DNA from: Geosiphon pyriformis uo1
Taxonomy: Eukaryota; Fungi; Glomeromycota
Direction of reading: 5' to 3'
Length of the DNA: 64,000 nt
Assembly (NCBI GenBank): GCA_016748015.1
Contig: JAAOMT010000283.1
Span: 438,108-502,107 of the forward strand
Of this stretch, positions 12,577 to 27,552 are shown piece by piece. The notes beneath the pieces were generated by a model. The model was not told the origin of the DNA and searched no databases. It worked only from the letters and a program-made list of their open reading frames with translations. How positions within the stretch are numbered: position 1 is the first letter of the stretch; every line of letters begins with the position of its first letter. The translations under genes were made by a program, and so were the position numbers.

Positions 12577-13800
12577 CTTGGATAGCCAGGCTGCTTTGGA
12601 TGTATGTAGATCAGAGTCTTCACTGGTTTGTCTGGATTTTAGGAACTGCTGTTGGATTGAGCATTGTCATATTGCCACCATTATTCGTTAAAAAAATTTG
12701 GATGTGAATTGAGTTAAAGTGAAAGGTCATTCAGGTGTCTCAGGCAATGAGCATGCTAATACGCTTGCCAAAGGTGCTGCTCTCTCTGCTTGGCACCTAC
12801 CTCATTTAGTCAGTGAACATTTTCTATGTACTGGTGGTATAGCAGTTTCTGGTAACTCTAGACACTTTGTTCATGATGTTTTCTGGTCAGTTCATCAAGC
12901 TCGTTGGGAGATTGGAGTTGGTTCTCATGTTGTGGATGATAGTTTACATGCTGATATCAATTGGTCTAAGTCTTCTATGGTGTGGCACCCCGATTCTCAC
13001 TTGGCATCCGGTTTTACCAGCATGTACATGGCAGGCTGTCGTACTTACTTTATGAAGGCTCTCCATCATTGGCTTCCTGTTGCTGTACGTAAGCGTTTAT
13101 ATGATAGAAGATACCCCAGTGTGGTCTGTCTGTTTTGTGATGACGTTGAGACTTCGGATCATGTTTTTTCATGTCCTCAGAATGCCGTTAGCCATGCTCG
13201 TTTGTTGGGCGCATATGCTTCAGCTTGGGAGGCTCTTTCTGGTCTTTCTCACTCTTCTTTATGTGTCTTACAGGCCTTGGCTTCTTGTGTTTCTGAGATT
13301 GGAGTTGGTGTTGCTCTGTGTAAAGGCTTTGTTTTCGATGAATGGTTTTGTAAGTCTGTCTTGGTCTTTAAAGATTCTAAGGAGGGTGCTAGGAGGATTG
13401 TGAGCTTTGTGCGTGAATTTTGTTTAGCATTTTGGGATGATGTTTGGTTGGTCCGGGCCAGACACCGAGCATTTATGGAAAAGCACGGTTTGATTCCATG
13501 TGATGGCTCCGCTTCTGCTTCAGTTTCTGGTTTGCCTATGGTGTTTTCAGCTGGTGTGATCAGATTGCTGGGGGTGGCTGAGGCTTTTGGAGTTGGTTTC
13601 GGGTTTCGTAAGTTTTGTCCATTTTTTTCGGGTATTGGAGATCCAGTTTCTGTGCATATAAGTGTATAGTGTAGTTCTGATTGGCCCAAGTGGCTGGTCA
13701 TGTGTAGAAAGCGCATAATTTGCACCTAGTTTAGATCATTTGTATAATGTATAGCACTAGGTTGCATTTGGACCTCACTCGTAAAAAAAAAAAAAAAAAA
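12577..13800 (+). mobile_element. 5'-truncated non-LTR retrotransposon (LINE) with RNase H
   Basis: Poly(A) tail 13783-13800, TSD ATGTATTTT at 12568-12576 and 13801-13809, much higher GC than flanks. Confidence 0.92.
12578..13669 (+). pseudogene. LINE ORF2 C-terminus: RNase H C-half and C-x2-C-x7-H-x3-C zinc knuckle
   Basis: LDSQAALD...VKGHSGVSGNEHAN, CLFCDDVETSDHVFSC; two stops near 12690-12712. Confidence 0.88.
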
Positions 13801-15828
13801 ATGTATTTTGGTTTGTAAAGTTAATTAAAAAAAATTTTTGAAAATTATTTAAACTTTTTTTGAATTTAATTTTGTTTTATATTTATAATATATTTTTTTT
13901 AAGCTATTTAATATTATTTTTAATATTGGTTTTGTTTAACAAATTAATCTTTAAATAAAAACAAAATAAAATTAGTATTTTATTAATAACTATAATCAAA
14001 AATTATTGGCTTAAAATATTAAATAAATAAAAGTAATATTTATTAATAATAATAAAATTTAAATATTAAATTAATTTAAATTTATATATGTAAAAAATAA
14101 TAATTTATTTAAAAAAAAATTTTTAACTTAAAAATAAAAATAAAAATTTATTTTTTGCTAATTAAAATTACTTATATATATAAATATTTTTAATAATATA
14201 AAATATATTTTATAATAGCTTTAATATTTTTAATAAAAATTTAATAAATCAAATTGAACTAAATTTTAAATACTGTATAAATTCAGTTCAAATTATAAAT
14301 TAAACTTAAATTAAACAAATTTTTAAAGTAAATTCAGTTTAAATTCAAAGTTAAATCTTTTTAATAAGTTTAAATTCAGTTTAAGTTTAATTTAAAGTTT
14401 ACAAACTTGTTTAAGTTTAATAATTAATTAAAAAAATATCTAAAACTATATATATATAATAACTTTGCTCTTTAATTTATCAAAATAAACTTATTGTTTA
14501 ATGTTATTAAAGATTTAAAATTTGAAATAATAAAATTTAATAATCTAAATAATTCAAATATTAATATTTTTAATAAATATAGTTTTTAAAATAAAATATA
14601 AAACTATTTTGATAAATTTAAAAATTTTTTACCAAATAATATATATTATAATAAAAAAATATCATAAAAAAAACAAAATATTCAAAAAATTACAAATTAA
14701 TTAAAAACATTTTAATAAATAAAATTGCTAATTTTTTGATTAATTTAACTAAAAAACTTTATAATATAATTACTATCTAACTTATTAATTATTAATAATT
14801 ATTTATTATAGTAAAAAATTTTAAATTAATTAAAATATTTTAATATTTTATTTTTATTTTTTAACTTATTTGTATTGATAAATAAAAATAAATAGCGGTT
14901 GGATTTCACTCATAAAACTTGTAAAAAAAAAAAAATCATAAAACTTTATACTTTAAATAAACAAAATTAAAAGTAAATATTATTTTTATTTTACTTATAT
15001 TTATAATAATAAACATACTTATATATTATTAAGTTTAAATTTTTTTTACATTAAATTTTTAGACATTTTTTAATAATTAATAAAAAAATTAATATATTAT
15101 ATAATAAATTAATATTATTTAAAACTTAAAAATATTATAATATTTATATTATTTAAAAATTGTATTTTTTTAATATTAACTTAAATGGTTTTTATTATTG
15201 TTTTAAATTGAATTTTCAGCTAAAAAATTTAAAAAACAGTTTAAAAAAAAATTATATTTACTTTTTTTATATATAATTTTATATATAATTTTATTAATTA
15301 TTAATCTGGTTTTTTTCAATAGTTTTTTGCTATTATTTTAGATAATATTATAAATAATAATAATAATATTATAAAGAAATTAAAAAAAAAAACATTTAAT
15401 AAAACTTAAAACACTTTTAATTTTGATGTTTTAATCATATTATTATGATTAAAATCCATATTTTTTATTAGTTATTATATTTATTAGCCACTAATGTCAT
15501 ATAATTAGCCACTTTATTTTTAGATTATAATCATTGATCTAGTCATTAACCACTTTTAATAGCTATATAAACAATGAATCTCTTAGTTGTAGAAAAACAT
15601 GTACAAATTAACAAAAGCAAAGAAATAAAAATAACAATTTCATCTTAATTCTTCTCTTTTTGCTAATTTTTTTTTCCTTATTTTCAAGTATTTGAATATT
15701 TTGAAATAAAAAATTACTTGTTAGTATTTACTTATTTTTTTTCTGATTTATATAATTGTAGGATTTGAAGATTATTAAATAAAATATAACTAAAAAATAC
15801 ATCTAATATCTTCAAATTTTAAGAGTGC

Positions 15829-16415
15829 TGTTATCCAAATAGGAAAACTAATCCAAAGTTATAGAGAAATTATGACCAAAAAAACATAACAATATGAAAT
15901 AACACAGGATAATACAAAAAAACACAGAATAACATGTAATAATATAGAATAATATATTATAACATAGTATAATATATAATAACATAAGATAATATATTAT
16001 AATATAGTATAACGAGTAATAATATAAGATAATATATTATAACATAATATAATTAGCAATAACATAGAAAAATAAAGTGATAACAAAAATAACAAAGCAA
16101 TCAAAAACAATTCTGTAAAACAAAAAGAATATATAAAAATAAGTAGTTATAGAAGTTAAAAAGACATCCAAACAAAAATCAATTTTTCTTTTTCTTATAA
16201 TTATTACATTTTACAAAAAAATAAAGAATTTATTTAAAAAAAACACAAAATCATTGATACATAATTATTACTTATCTCATATTTGAATTGTACTACTTTT
16301 TGTTTTATAATTTTGTTCCAGAACAGATGCTCTTAGCATAAATGTCTCGAATCTTTAATAATCTGGACCAATTGCTCTTGATCATGGTGATTAATAATAT
16401 TAATTTATCTTATTT

Positions 16416-16452
<37 letters not shown>

Positions 16453-16865
16453 CTTTTTTTTTTCTTGTGAAATGGCAACATAGAAAAATTAACTGTCTGG
16501 AAATAGACTTTGTGATAGCCTAATAAAAGAGAAAAGCTCTTTCTAAGTTTAGATATTAACATTATCTTGATAGCTTACCAGAAGAGCAAAAAAACACTGC
16601 CAGACCCTAACAACTGCACACATTAGCTTAAAAAAGATAGCTTACATTTACATTCAAGAAATTGCAACACCATAAAACATTCCTCTATGCCTTATAACCA
16701 AAGAACTTCACAGATAAATTTATAACAATTAAACAGACTTTCAGAGACTGATAATACCAACACAATAAACCAGTCTATTAAACAAAAACTCTCAAAAGCT
16801 TCCTAGAAACCCAAGTTTTGAGCACCAAATATTAACATCATATTTTACTTAGTTTATCTATAACA
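15829..16865 (+). mobile_element. Solo LTR (divergent, family B-related) inserted in the A2 5' LTR
   Basis: TGTTATC...CTATAACA with TSD GTGC; shares gatagcttaccagaa and gagcaccaa blocks with B LTRs; 10-bp tandem array and long T tract. Confidence 0.85.
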
Positions 16866-19800
16866 GTGCTAATATGAGCCATAAAATTATATCAATGTGT
16901 TATCATTTGTTGACAGTACAAACTATTTCTTTATTTTCAAATTTTCCAGTTATTTTTTGAAAAAAATAGTAATTAAAATATTTTATGAAACTGATCTTAT
17001 ATATTAAATCTATTTTCATTTAATTTACTCTTTAAAGTTGAATTCTCTTTGATTTATTCTATTACCATACAATTTTGTTCTCTCTTGCCATTTGTTAGCT
17101 TGTTATTTTAACCTATAACATAAATGTAGTACTTCCTGTAAGTTTGTCAAAATTCATTTTGTTTTCTATTGTATGAATAATTATTTATATTTGTCACAAC
17201 AATTAGAAGAACACTTTAAAACACACAATAAAAACGACTTAAACTTTATTAAACTCAATCTTTTGCTCTCTTGCTTAATTTGTTTCTTCATTAAAAAACA
17301 ATTTAATAGACAATTCCAAAACTTTTGAAACTGGTTTCTAAATGAACACTTAACTGAAACTTATATAGCCTCTACAATCTACTTCTTTAACCAAGTTTAC
17401 TTTGAAAACAATTTTGAAGAAAGAAATAATAACATTAATTAGCTTTTATACTCAATAACTTTTGAACAACAGCTCTCAGATTTCGAATATTTGAATTATT
17501 AAATCTATATTTGGATTGTTGCTCATCAATTAGCTGAAACTCCCTTTAAAACAGAAGAAAAAAGCTATCAAATCACTTCTGTTTTTGATTTCTTTTCAAG
17601 TAATTCAGATTATTCTATACAAACTGTTATTTCTGAATTAATAGCTGTTAATCTTATACAAGCAAACATCTTAGCTGCCCTCCAAGATATACAAACTGCT
17701 TTGGGATGAAGAAACAATACATTATTATCACTATTTAGAAATGATGTTCAAGACCCAATTAAAGAATTGAACAATTTTAAAAGAGCAGTTACTACAAATC
17801 AGTATAATACAAAATACAAATTTCAAATTGTTGATAAATACCTTCAAGGCTTTTTTGCTATCTGGTTCTCACAAGAAATTAATACTAATGTCTAGCAAAA
17901 AATTATCAAATAGATATCAGCAAATACTGAAAAAGACAACACCTTTTTTATTATCTGGTTTGAAAACAAATTCAGAATCCCAATATTAATATCCAAATAG
18001 TACATGAAATTAAAAAAAAAACCCAAGGCCTAAGAAAAGTAATAACTGAATATGCTAAAGCAATAAGAAAGTTAATTAAACAAATAAACTTTAGAAAAAA
18101 CTAAACAAAAAAGCAGAAAATTTACTCCTTTACAAAAAGTTTGAGAACTGATTTTTTATATGCTTTTTGGCTTCTTTTGACTTTAAAAAATAATCTAACA
18201 ATAAACATGGCTATTAAACTTGCTCAGAAAATTGAAAATAATTAAAAAATATACTTGGAATTCACTCTTCCAGTTTTTATTTCTGCTCTTATTCTGGTTT
18301 CTGTTCTTCAAATGGCTGCTATTTTTTTTACTGCTCAAACTTAAGACCCAAATAAACAATTAATAGATAAACTTATAGCAAATTTTGCTCAGTTACTAGA
18401 ATTCTTAGCCCAAGCAGTCAAAGATAACCAGCAATCACAAAAATTCAGATTTAAACTTTGTTTTAATTAGTTTTAATAACTTTTTTATTAAAGACAGCAA
18501 AATTGCAATCTATCTGTATACTATTACTGTAAATTAACTAAACACTTTTTCAGAAATTACAACAATTTTCTATTGCTTTCTTTAACTCTTAAAAACAATG
18601 ATATTTAGAATAACAAATCTAACAATAATAACACTCTTAATTAAAAACTTAATTATGTCAACATTAATTTTTTTGGAGAAGATCTTTTGGTTAAAGCCAC
18701 TATTTATTAGCCTTTAAACTAGTAAACACATCTCTAAAGAATAAAAGTACAAGCCAACCAGAAAAAAATCTCTTTTACACTTTTAATCTAATTGATAATG
18801 ATTACAATATAGATGAATTGGCAATTAATCTCTTTAATTCAACAAAAAAAAAAGCCAAGGTTGATTTTATTCTAGACTCCAATAAAGCTTTCACATTAAT
18901 TGTTAATAACAATAAGCTACTAAAAGCTAAAGTTTTTAAAAATTCTCCAAAGTTGGAACTTCCAGAGATAGTACAAAAATTTGGCCTCTATTTTATTATC
19001 AAAAATCTCATAAAAACACCAGCTTACATTATCTTTGGCTAATTAATAATTCATCTACAGTTTAGAAAAGCTCTTTGTAAATTCTTAATTCTTAAGAAAA
19101 AACTACCAAAAACCAATAAGTGTTTTTACCAAGCTAAACTTGCTAATAACAGCAATATTACTTCTTTAATTTGCAAAGCACAAGTGGCTAGTTATTTTAT
19201 TGACCTAATTTTAGACAGTAGATCATCTGTTAGTGTAATTGCCAAACATTTTTTAGAAGCAATTGGTAGAAAAATTGATAAATTTCCAATCAAACCTATG
19301 ATTAATATGTATAATGACAAAAAAAAAGAACTTAGTATAGCCAAAGCTGTTTTTGTTCACATCAATGGCATCAGTATTAAAATTAACATGGAGATTTCTG
19401 AAGCCAAAGAATACACTATTATTGTTAACAATAAATGACTTAAGAAAGCAAAAGTCTTACTTGACTATAAACTTTGTAAATTAACTATTAAATGTAGTAA
19501 AAAACTTATTGTAGTCAAATATTGTTATTAGACAACTCTTTTAGTATCCAAGCAAGATCCAGAAAAAAAACAATCAGATAAATTAGATGATAAAAAAAGT
19601 GAAAAACAAGAAAAACAAAAAGAAACTGCTAAACTCACTTATATTATCTTTACCAATAATAGCAAATCTTTGGGTGATGTTAAAACTAACAAAAAAAGAA
19701 TTATTATAAATGGCAAGCTAATCTGTTGGTCATATTATAACATATTCAGAAGAATCTTTGACAAAAAATCTGGCAAAAAAGCCAAATACAATTATTAGTA

Positions 19801-22800
19801 ATATAGTTTTTATGCCTAGTGTTGATGTAATAAATCATTGTATTTTTCCAATAATAAATGCAAATTCTGCCTAATTTATTATAAGAATTGGAAACCTATT
19901 AGTCTAATACTCAGAAAAAAAATCAAAAAAATACAAAATTTTTTAAGAATGAATCACCAAAGATATAATCATTAATAATAGAGCAAAAAAAACTCTCTTC
20001 AAAAGAAAAAAAAATAGACATTGAAAATTTGTTGGCTAGAAACAGTCTAGTTATCTTAAAAAAAGTGATAACCTTGTGATACAATACACTATTACTACCA
20101 AAAAAACTCATCTTATCTATTTAAAATCTTATCAATCCAATTGTTGTAATAATAAATTTATTAAAAAATAAATAAATCAAATAAAAAATCTTAAATTTAT
20201 ACAAGAAACCAAGAGTAAATAAGCTTTTTTAATTGTAGTAGTATTCAAGAAAAGTGGAATCTTATACTTTTGTATTGACTATTAACAATTAAATATTATT
20301 ATTAAAAGAAATATATATCTACTTCCCAAAATTAATGCAATGCTAAACAAATTTAATGATGCTGTTTTTTTCTCAATCATTAACTTAACTGCTGAATTCT
20401 GACAAGTAAAAATGAATTTAGAAAGCAAAAAAAACTGTCTTTATCACTAAGTATGACACTTATGAATTTACAATTATGCTTTTTGGTCTTACCAATGCTC
20501 TTTTTACTTTTCAACACTTAATAAACAAAGTATTCAAATCAGAAAAAAAAAACTTTGTTCTGGTTTATTTAGATAATATAATAGTATATTCAAAAACTTG
20601 GAATAAGTACTTAGAATATTTATAAAAGATTTTTGACTTTCTTAAAAATACTGGTCTCAAGATTAATTTTATTAAATCTTTTTTTTAGCATTAATCTACT
20701 TAGTTCTTTGGTCATTTTATTATAAAAGATAGAATTTTTTTTGATCTAAAAAGTCCAGAACATTAGACAATTAATGAATATTTATAAACTATATTTTTTT
20801 CTTAAATTGGCTTTTTATTATTGTAAATTTATTAAGAATTTCTCTAAAATCACTTTTTTTCTTAATTAGTTACTCAAGAAAAATATCAATTATTACTGGG
20901 ATACATATCAACAAAAAGCATTTAAAACTTTAAAGAAAAAATTGGTTACAGAATCTATTCTTATGCAATCTGATTTAGATCAATCTTTTATTCTTCATAC
21001 TAATATATTTAACTATAGACTTGGTGCTATTCTTTTACAAAAAGATAAAGATAGCAAAAAACATGCTATAGCATATACAAGTAAAACACTCTTACCAACA
21101 GAACAAAACTATTTAGTTACTAAACAAATATGCTTAGCAGTAGTTTAGATTACTAATTACTAGAATAAATATCTTTTTGGTGTGAAATTTCTAGTAGTAA
21201 CAGATTATTAAGTCTTGGTTTGGTTATATAACAAAAAGAAGCTGGAACACAAAAAAATAACTTGCTGGATACTTTATCTAAATGAATTTGACTATGATAT
21301 TTAATATTGCATAGAAACAAATTATTAAAATGACAACACTCTTTTTAGACTTACTATTTAGTAATAGTATAACCTTTTCAAAACCAAACCAACCTAATTA
21401 TTAGTAACTTTCTCTTAACCAAACACAATAATGGACTTGAAAAACTACTTTGCATTAATAGAATTTTTAAGTAAGAGACAATACCTATTGGATTACACAT
21501 AACAGTAAAGAAAATATTTGTGCAAACAATTAAACTTTTATTTGATCCACCAAAATCAACTTTACAAAAGAAATAGAAAAAATTCTGACTATCTTTTAAA
21601 AGTTATCAAATTTAAAGAAAAAAAAATTGTAATATAGAATATATATACTAATTCATTAGCTAAACACTTTAAAAAAACAAAAACAATTCAAAAAATCTTA
21701 ACTTATTATTATTGATCTATCTTGGAAAAAGACATTACTAAGTATATTAAAACCTGTAATATCTGCCAAAAAAAAAAACTCCAATCACAAAGAAGATATC
21801 TATTCAATTTCTGTTAATTAACCATTTAACAGAATTAATATAAATGTTGTTAGACCTTTAACAATAACTTTTAATAACAACAGATATATTATTACAATTA
21901 CCAACTATTTTACAAAATAGGTAAAAACAAGAGCCATTTTAGACTAAACAGTAATCTCCATAACCAATTTCATTTATAAAGATATTATCTGTTGTTATAG
22001 CTGTCTCAAAGAACTTTTATCTAACAGAAAAAGAATTTTTCTTAGTATATTAGTTGAGAAACTTTGTAAAAAAATAGGAATATATTATAAACTTTTTTTT
22101 TTACCATTCTCAAACAAATAACCTAGTAAAACTTTTCAACAGAACACTATGTAAAATCTTAACCAAAACTAATAAAAAAACAAACTTATAGAACAAAATA
22201 CTGCTTTTAATCTTGTTTGTTTATAGAACTATAAATTATAACATAACAAGTTATAAACTTTTTTATCTGCTTTATAAACAAATAGCAACTTTACTAATAA
22301 AAATTGATATTGAGACAATATTTTTAAAAAAAATCACAATAAAACATTACAAAAACATTTTGCAAAGAAGACTTGGTACTATTCTTGACTCCTTAATAGA
22401 GACATGAATAATTATCTTTAAAAAAATAAAACAGTTTCAAGAAAAGCTTAAGAAAAAAAAAATATATAAAATATTTTCTTTAAGTATTAATGACTTAGTT
22501 TTGGAATATTGATTAAACAAAGACAATATCTATAGTAATAAGTTTTCTAGTCAGTAAAAAGAACCCTTTTTAGTTAATAAAGTTTTGAACAATAGTTTTT
22601 ATATCTTACAAAATCAATATGGAACAATCTTCAATAATTGTTTTGTTTATAATATATGACTCAAAAAATATTACAAACGACCTGATTGGTTACCTGTTAT
22701 AGTAATATTGACCCAAATAATCAGCAAAAATCAGATATAAATAAATATACTATTTCCAAAACAGCAATATCTTCAATTAATATAAACAATTATTTTCTGG

Positions 22801-23406
22801 ATCAAAACATTTAAAACATCTTTTATATTTTTCATGAGTATTGGATTAAAAACTATTCAAATATTACTTTGACTATTAAAAAACAAACCACTATAACTGA
22901 TAACAGTGGAATACATACTGTTATAAACCAAAAAAATTACTACTAAAAGAAAAAAAAACTGGTAGCAAAATGAATAAATATCTGTTAAAAAACATAACAG
23001 CAGTAATACTTTTATTTTTTATTATAATTAAAAAAACAATCCAAGAAATCTTATTCATAGACAAAAACTTGTCATATAAAAGACAATTAAAACTTTATGG
23101 TTGTCTTAATAAAATCATAAAAGATATAAATTTTATAAAAAAAACAACTTTAGAAATATAAATAGAAATTCTGGACATTATATGGTTAGATGTTCCCAAA
23201 GTTTTGACTATTACTAAAAGAGCCAAAACTTTTATATAAAAATTTGATTTTTTAAATACAAAACTTATTTTGTCTCAGATATTAAATATCTTATTTATAA
23301 AAGACTTCAATAAACTAGTTAGTTTTGAGCTAAAAAAAACTCTTCAAATAGATTATTTCATGAATAACTTGATTTTGCTAAAGTTTAATCTCTTTGAAAA
23401 AGAGAA

Positions 23407-24097
23407 TATTATGGTTAAAACCCATATTTTTTATTAGTTATTATATGTATTAGCCACTAATGTCATATATTTAGCCACTCTATTTTTAAATAGTAATTAT
23501 TAACTTAATTAATAATTTGACTATTGATCTAATTATTGATCTAATTATTAATTTGGTTATTGACTATTTTCAATAGTTATATAAGTGATAGATCTCTTAG
23601 TTATAAAAAAGTATGTACAAATCAATGAAAACAAAGAAATAAAAATAATAACTTTATCTTAATTTTTTTCTTTTTGCTAATTTCTTTTTTCTTATCTTTA
23701 AGTATCTGAATATTTTGAGATAAAAAACTATTTGTTGGTATTTACTTACTCTTTTTTTGACTTGTATAATTGTAACATTTAAAAATTATTGAATAAAATA
23801 TAACTAAAGAGTATATCTGATACCTGATATTAAATTATAAGAGTGCTAATATGAGACATAAAATTATACCAGTGTGTTATTATTTGTTGACAATACAGAC
23901 TATCTCTTTATTTTCAAATTTTTCAGTTATTTTTTGAAAAGAATAGTGACTAAGATATTTTATAAAACTAATCTTGTATATTGAATTCATATTTATTCAA
24001 TTTGCTTTTTAAAATTGAATTTTCTTTAATTTATTTTATTACCATACAATTCTGTTTTCTTTTGTTATCTGTTAGTTTGTTTCTCCAACCCATAACA
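23407..24097 (+). repeat. A2 3' LTR
   Basis: Follows decayed PPT gaaaaagagaa; ends CCCATAACA. Confidence 0.9.
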
Positions 24098-26592
24098 ACA
24101 TCAAAAATTATTTTTTTAAAAACTATAATGTTTTAAAAGTTAGAAACAACCTCTATGAAAATTTATTGCACTATTTTCATTTAAGAACAAAAGACTTTAA
24201 CAATAAAACACTTAACATCTACTTTCAAGAACTCAATTTTAACATTATTTAATATTGTAAAGAAAAATATCCAGTACAGTCCAAATACTTTCTCAACTTT
24301 GAATCAAAACTATAAAATAGCAATAGTAAAAAGCAAAAGAAAAAAACACTTTAAATCAGTCATACAATTCACAACACACTAAAAACAATTGCCAAATATT
24401 TGCAAACACCCAAACAAAAAACCAGTATCAAATTACTATTTTCTATTACACTATTTTTATTTTTATTTGTTCAATTACAAACATCCAATTTACTTTTTAT
24501 CCAGTTTTTAAGACTAAAAAACTTTACTTTTCCAAAAAGTCTAATACAACAGTTAAAACAAATTATTATCAGCACAAATTTTCTTGATTTTTTAGCAAAG
24601 AACCAGAATAATTATTCTAATAACAATAAAAACACTTTTGAATTTACTGAAAAAAAAACCAACAAAAATGAAAATACAAAAGACATGACAACTATCTACA
24701 TCATAAAAATCACTAAGTTCACTTGAAAAAATATTGATATCAGTTCACAAAAATGACTTAACAAAGTCCAAAAAGCAGGAGATGTAAATAAAAAAAATAC
24801 TGCAAAAATGCTTAAAGCTATTCCTTATTTTCTTTAAAAAACTGTAGGCAAATAGTTTGAAAACTTAAATACACTCTTTAGAATCTAACAAATATTCAAA
24901 AATGCTTTTTTGAAACAATTTACTAACAACAATACTTTTATTACTCTTTAAAACCAATTTTAAAACATTAAACAAGAGCCTTTTAAATTTGTTATAATCT
25001 ATCTTAAAAAGTTCAACAAACTTTTTCAATGAATTTGACAATTAGAAACCAATAAGTATTATTTTAATACACAAATTTTGAACCAATTTATAGCCAGATT
25101 AAAAGATAAATTAATCAAAAAAGTTTGTTCTCATGCTCCAACAGACTTAATTATAACCATTTGACATATAAAAAACTATAAAATAGCCAAACTTATTAAC
25201 TTTGCAATCAGCAAAACCAGCTCAGCAGTTAAAAAAAAAATTAACCAACTTATTAAAAAGATAGAAAACTATTTTACCAATTAGCAACAACAAAAATATT
25301 AGCCACTTTAAAATACAATTAAAATAACTACCTATTATTATTAAACAATCAATTTTAAAGCTGTTATTATTGTAGAATTTCAGAATACTAGAAATGTAAT
25401 TGCTAAAAGATGCAAAAAAACTAACAATTAAGGAATAATTAACATTATTCTCAATTTTAGCAATCTTACTACCAATTTATTATCTATCAAGATCTTAATA
25501 TCAAAACAACTCCTATTAACTTATTTCACAATTCATTTAATAACAATATCTACAATTTCCAGTTTAGCAATATTAAGTATTTGTCCAAAAATTGGTTTAA
25601 CAAAACCAATTTACATCTTAAAACCAATTTACAACAAACAACAACAAATTCAATTTTAATAATTAATTGGTTCTTTAAAACCCAATTTAACAAAAACCAA
25701 TACATTATTATATACAATTTAGCTATCTTACAATACCAAAAGAATCGAATTTTCAATAAATTGCACTTTTTGAAAATAAAGCTATAGCAATAAGACAAAA
25801 TTCTTTTAATAATACTATTCTATTAGCCAAGATTGTCCAAAATACCAACCTGTCTAATATTTTTTTATTCGAATTTAAAGCCAATAAATCACTATTTTTA
25901 CTTAGTAATATAGCAGTTATAAAACAAAAAGCAATTACAATTATATACATTAAAGCTAAAATTAAAAGAAAACCAATTTAATTATTCTTTGATAGTAAAT
26001 TTACCAAAAATATTATTACTTATTAATTGATGCAACAACTACAATAAATCATTAACAGATCTGTTCAAACAGTTATTATTATAGCTGATAGCATAAAAAA
26101 AACCCCAGTAAGAAAAATTGACAACTTTTTGTTTACTATTGATGGAATTACTATTTTAATTAAAGTTTTTATCATGAATACACCTTAGTACCAGACTTTT
26201 GTCAAAAATAATTGGCTTTTCAAGACAAATGCAAACCTAGATTAGGAGATTTAGAAATTAAAAATCTTATACCAAGAACAATATATTAGAGTACTTGTTA
26301 CTTATAGTACTTTTAACAAATGATCAAAAAAAGTTTTTGTGTTTGAATTTAAAGAAAAAAAAGAAATGCCAATTACTAAAACCTACATGGCTTTTGGATT
26401 AACATCTAATTGGGCTAAGAAAACAGAACAAAAATTTTTTAAAGAGACCAGAAGATGGAATATTACTCACTATTCTAAACCAGAATCATGGAAACAACTA
26501 CCATATATTTTACTTAGATATAAAAATTGCAACAAAAAGCTTTCATTTATGGGAGTTTGAATATTTTTAGAAGAGGAATATAAGACATATAC
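24098..26592 (+). pseudogene. Family C copy C0, part 1: gag, protease, start of Cys-rich domain
   Basis: Colinear with reverse complement of 32690-35220; ILDSKFTKNII decayed protease motif. Confidence 0.85.
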
Positions 26593-27552
26593 TGTTACTG
26601 GAGGTTTTTGGTCTCTTTTCTTGAATGTTGTTAATGTCTGTTTGTTGTAAATTCACGTTTTCTAGAAGTAGTTGAACCTCCAATAACTGAATTTATCTTC
26701 AAATTATCTCTTATAATTTAAACTGCTGGGCTTATAAGTGAAGTGGCCAATTCCATGCCAGTTATATTATGTAGTTACATTGTAGTAAACGTCAACTCTT
26801 TCCCAGAAATTGCTCATCTAAAAGCTCACTAAAAATGTGTAGTTATTTTGCTGTAAAAGTCAACTCTTCTACAAGAATCTTGTCTGTAGGCTACCCTAAT
26901 AATTATGATAAAAAAAGAAAAAAAATATGAAAGAAATAGAATTTTGTCAAGAGAAACGTTTTCTATCCAGGCCTGAAGTCACTAACAGTTTATTGAAATT
27001 GGTAGCTAATTAATTTCAAAATGTTAGTTGTGTTGAGAGAAATTCAAGTACAATAATCAAAGGATTTGGGTTTCGAATATTTAATTTTTATTTGAAATGT
27101 GTAAGAGGTAATTTGTTTCAATTAAGATATTTAAAGTAGGATACTATGGTAAGATACTATGAGAAAATACATTTTCTTGAAAAGAGAAGCTCTTTTTTTA
27201 TACAACTTGTTGTAGTACTAGTCTTTGAACTTGCACTTTTCTCTTTGCTACAATTTGGGTGAACTAAAGATACATTTCGGCAAACTACAAATTATTTCAC
27301 TAAACTATTGATTATTTCGGCCAATTTTCATTAATTTCAGCGAATTTTGACTATGTTAAATGGTTCAGGGTATTGTGTAATTTGATTATCTTAATTTTTA
27401 TAGTACAAATCGGATTATTGATTGAGTAATAATATTTGATAATTTGATTAACTAGTAAGTGATAATCGAAATAATAATAATATATGCTAATTAATAATAG
27501 AATTATAGAGATAATTTCATGCTAATTAATAGCTAAAATTCTACTGGTAACA
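26593..27552 (-). repeat. C1 3' LTR
   Basis: Direct repeat of 35394-36363; TGTTAC...GTAACA. Confidence 0.96.

Larger units (their letters stand above)
12043..15440. other. Extremely AT-rich low-complexity tract, interrupted by the LINE
   Basis: Almost no G or C outside 12577-13800; no ORFs. Confidence 0.85.
15441..24097 (+). mobile_element. Family A copy A2, full length and heavily decayed
   Basis: 5' LTR 15441-17120 (with insertion), gag ~17173-18722, pol to 21364, integrase 21431-~22740, ORF3 ~22782-23437, 3' LTR 23407-24097; flanks ATAT/ACAT. Confidence 0.92.

Noticed and set aside
13249-13725. Antisense and alternative-frame ORFs (e.g. 13249-13725, 4131-4481, 33708-34034, 55128-55373) as host genes
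   Set aside because: They are shadows of transposon coding sequence or low-complexity AT-rich frames, with no recognisable motifs.
16411-16463. Poly(T) tract as the tail of a minus-strand LINE
   Set aside because: It sits at the position of the T-rich tract found in all B-type LTRs, and no LINE body or TSD is evident.
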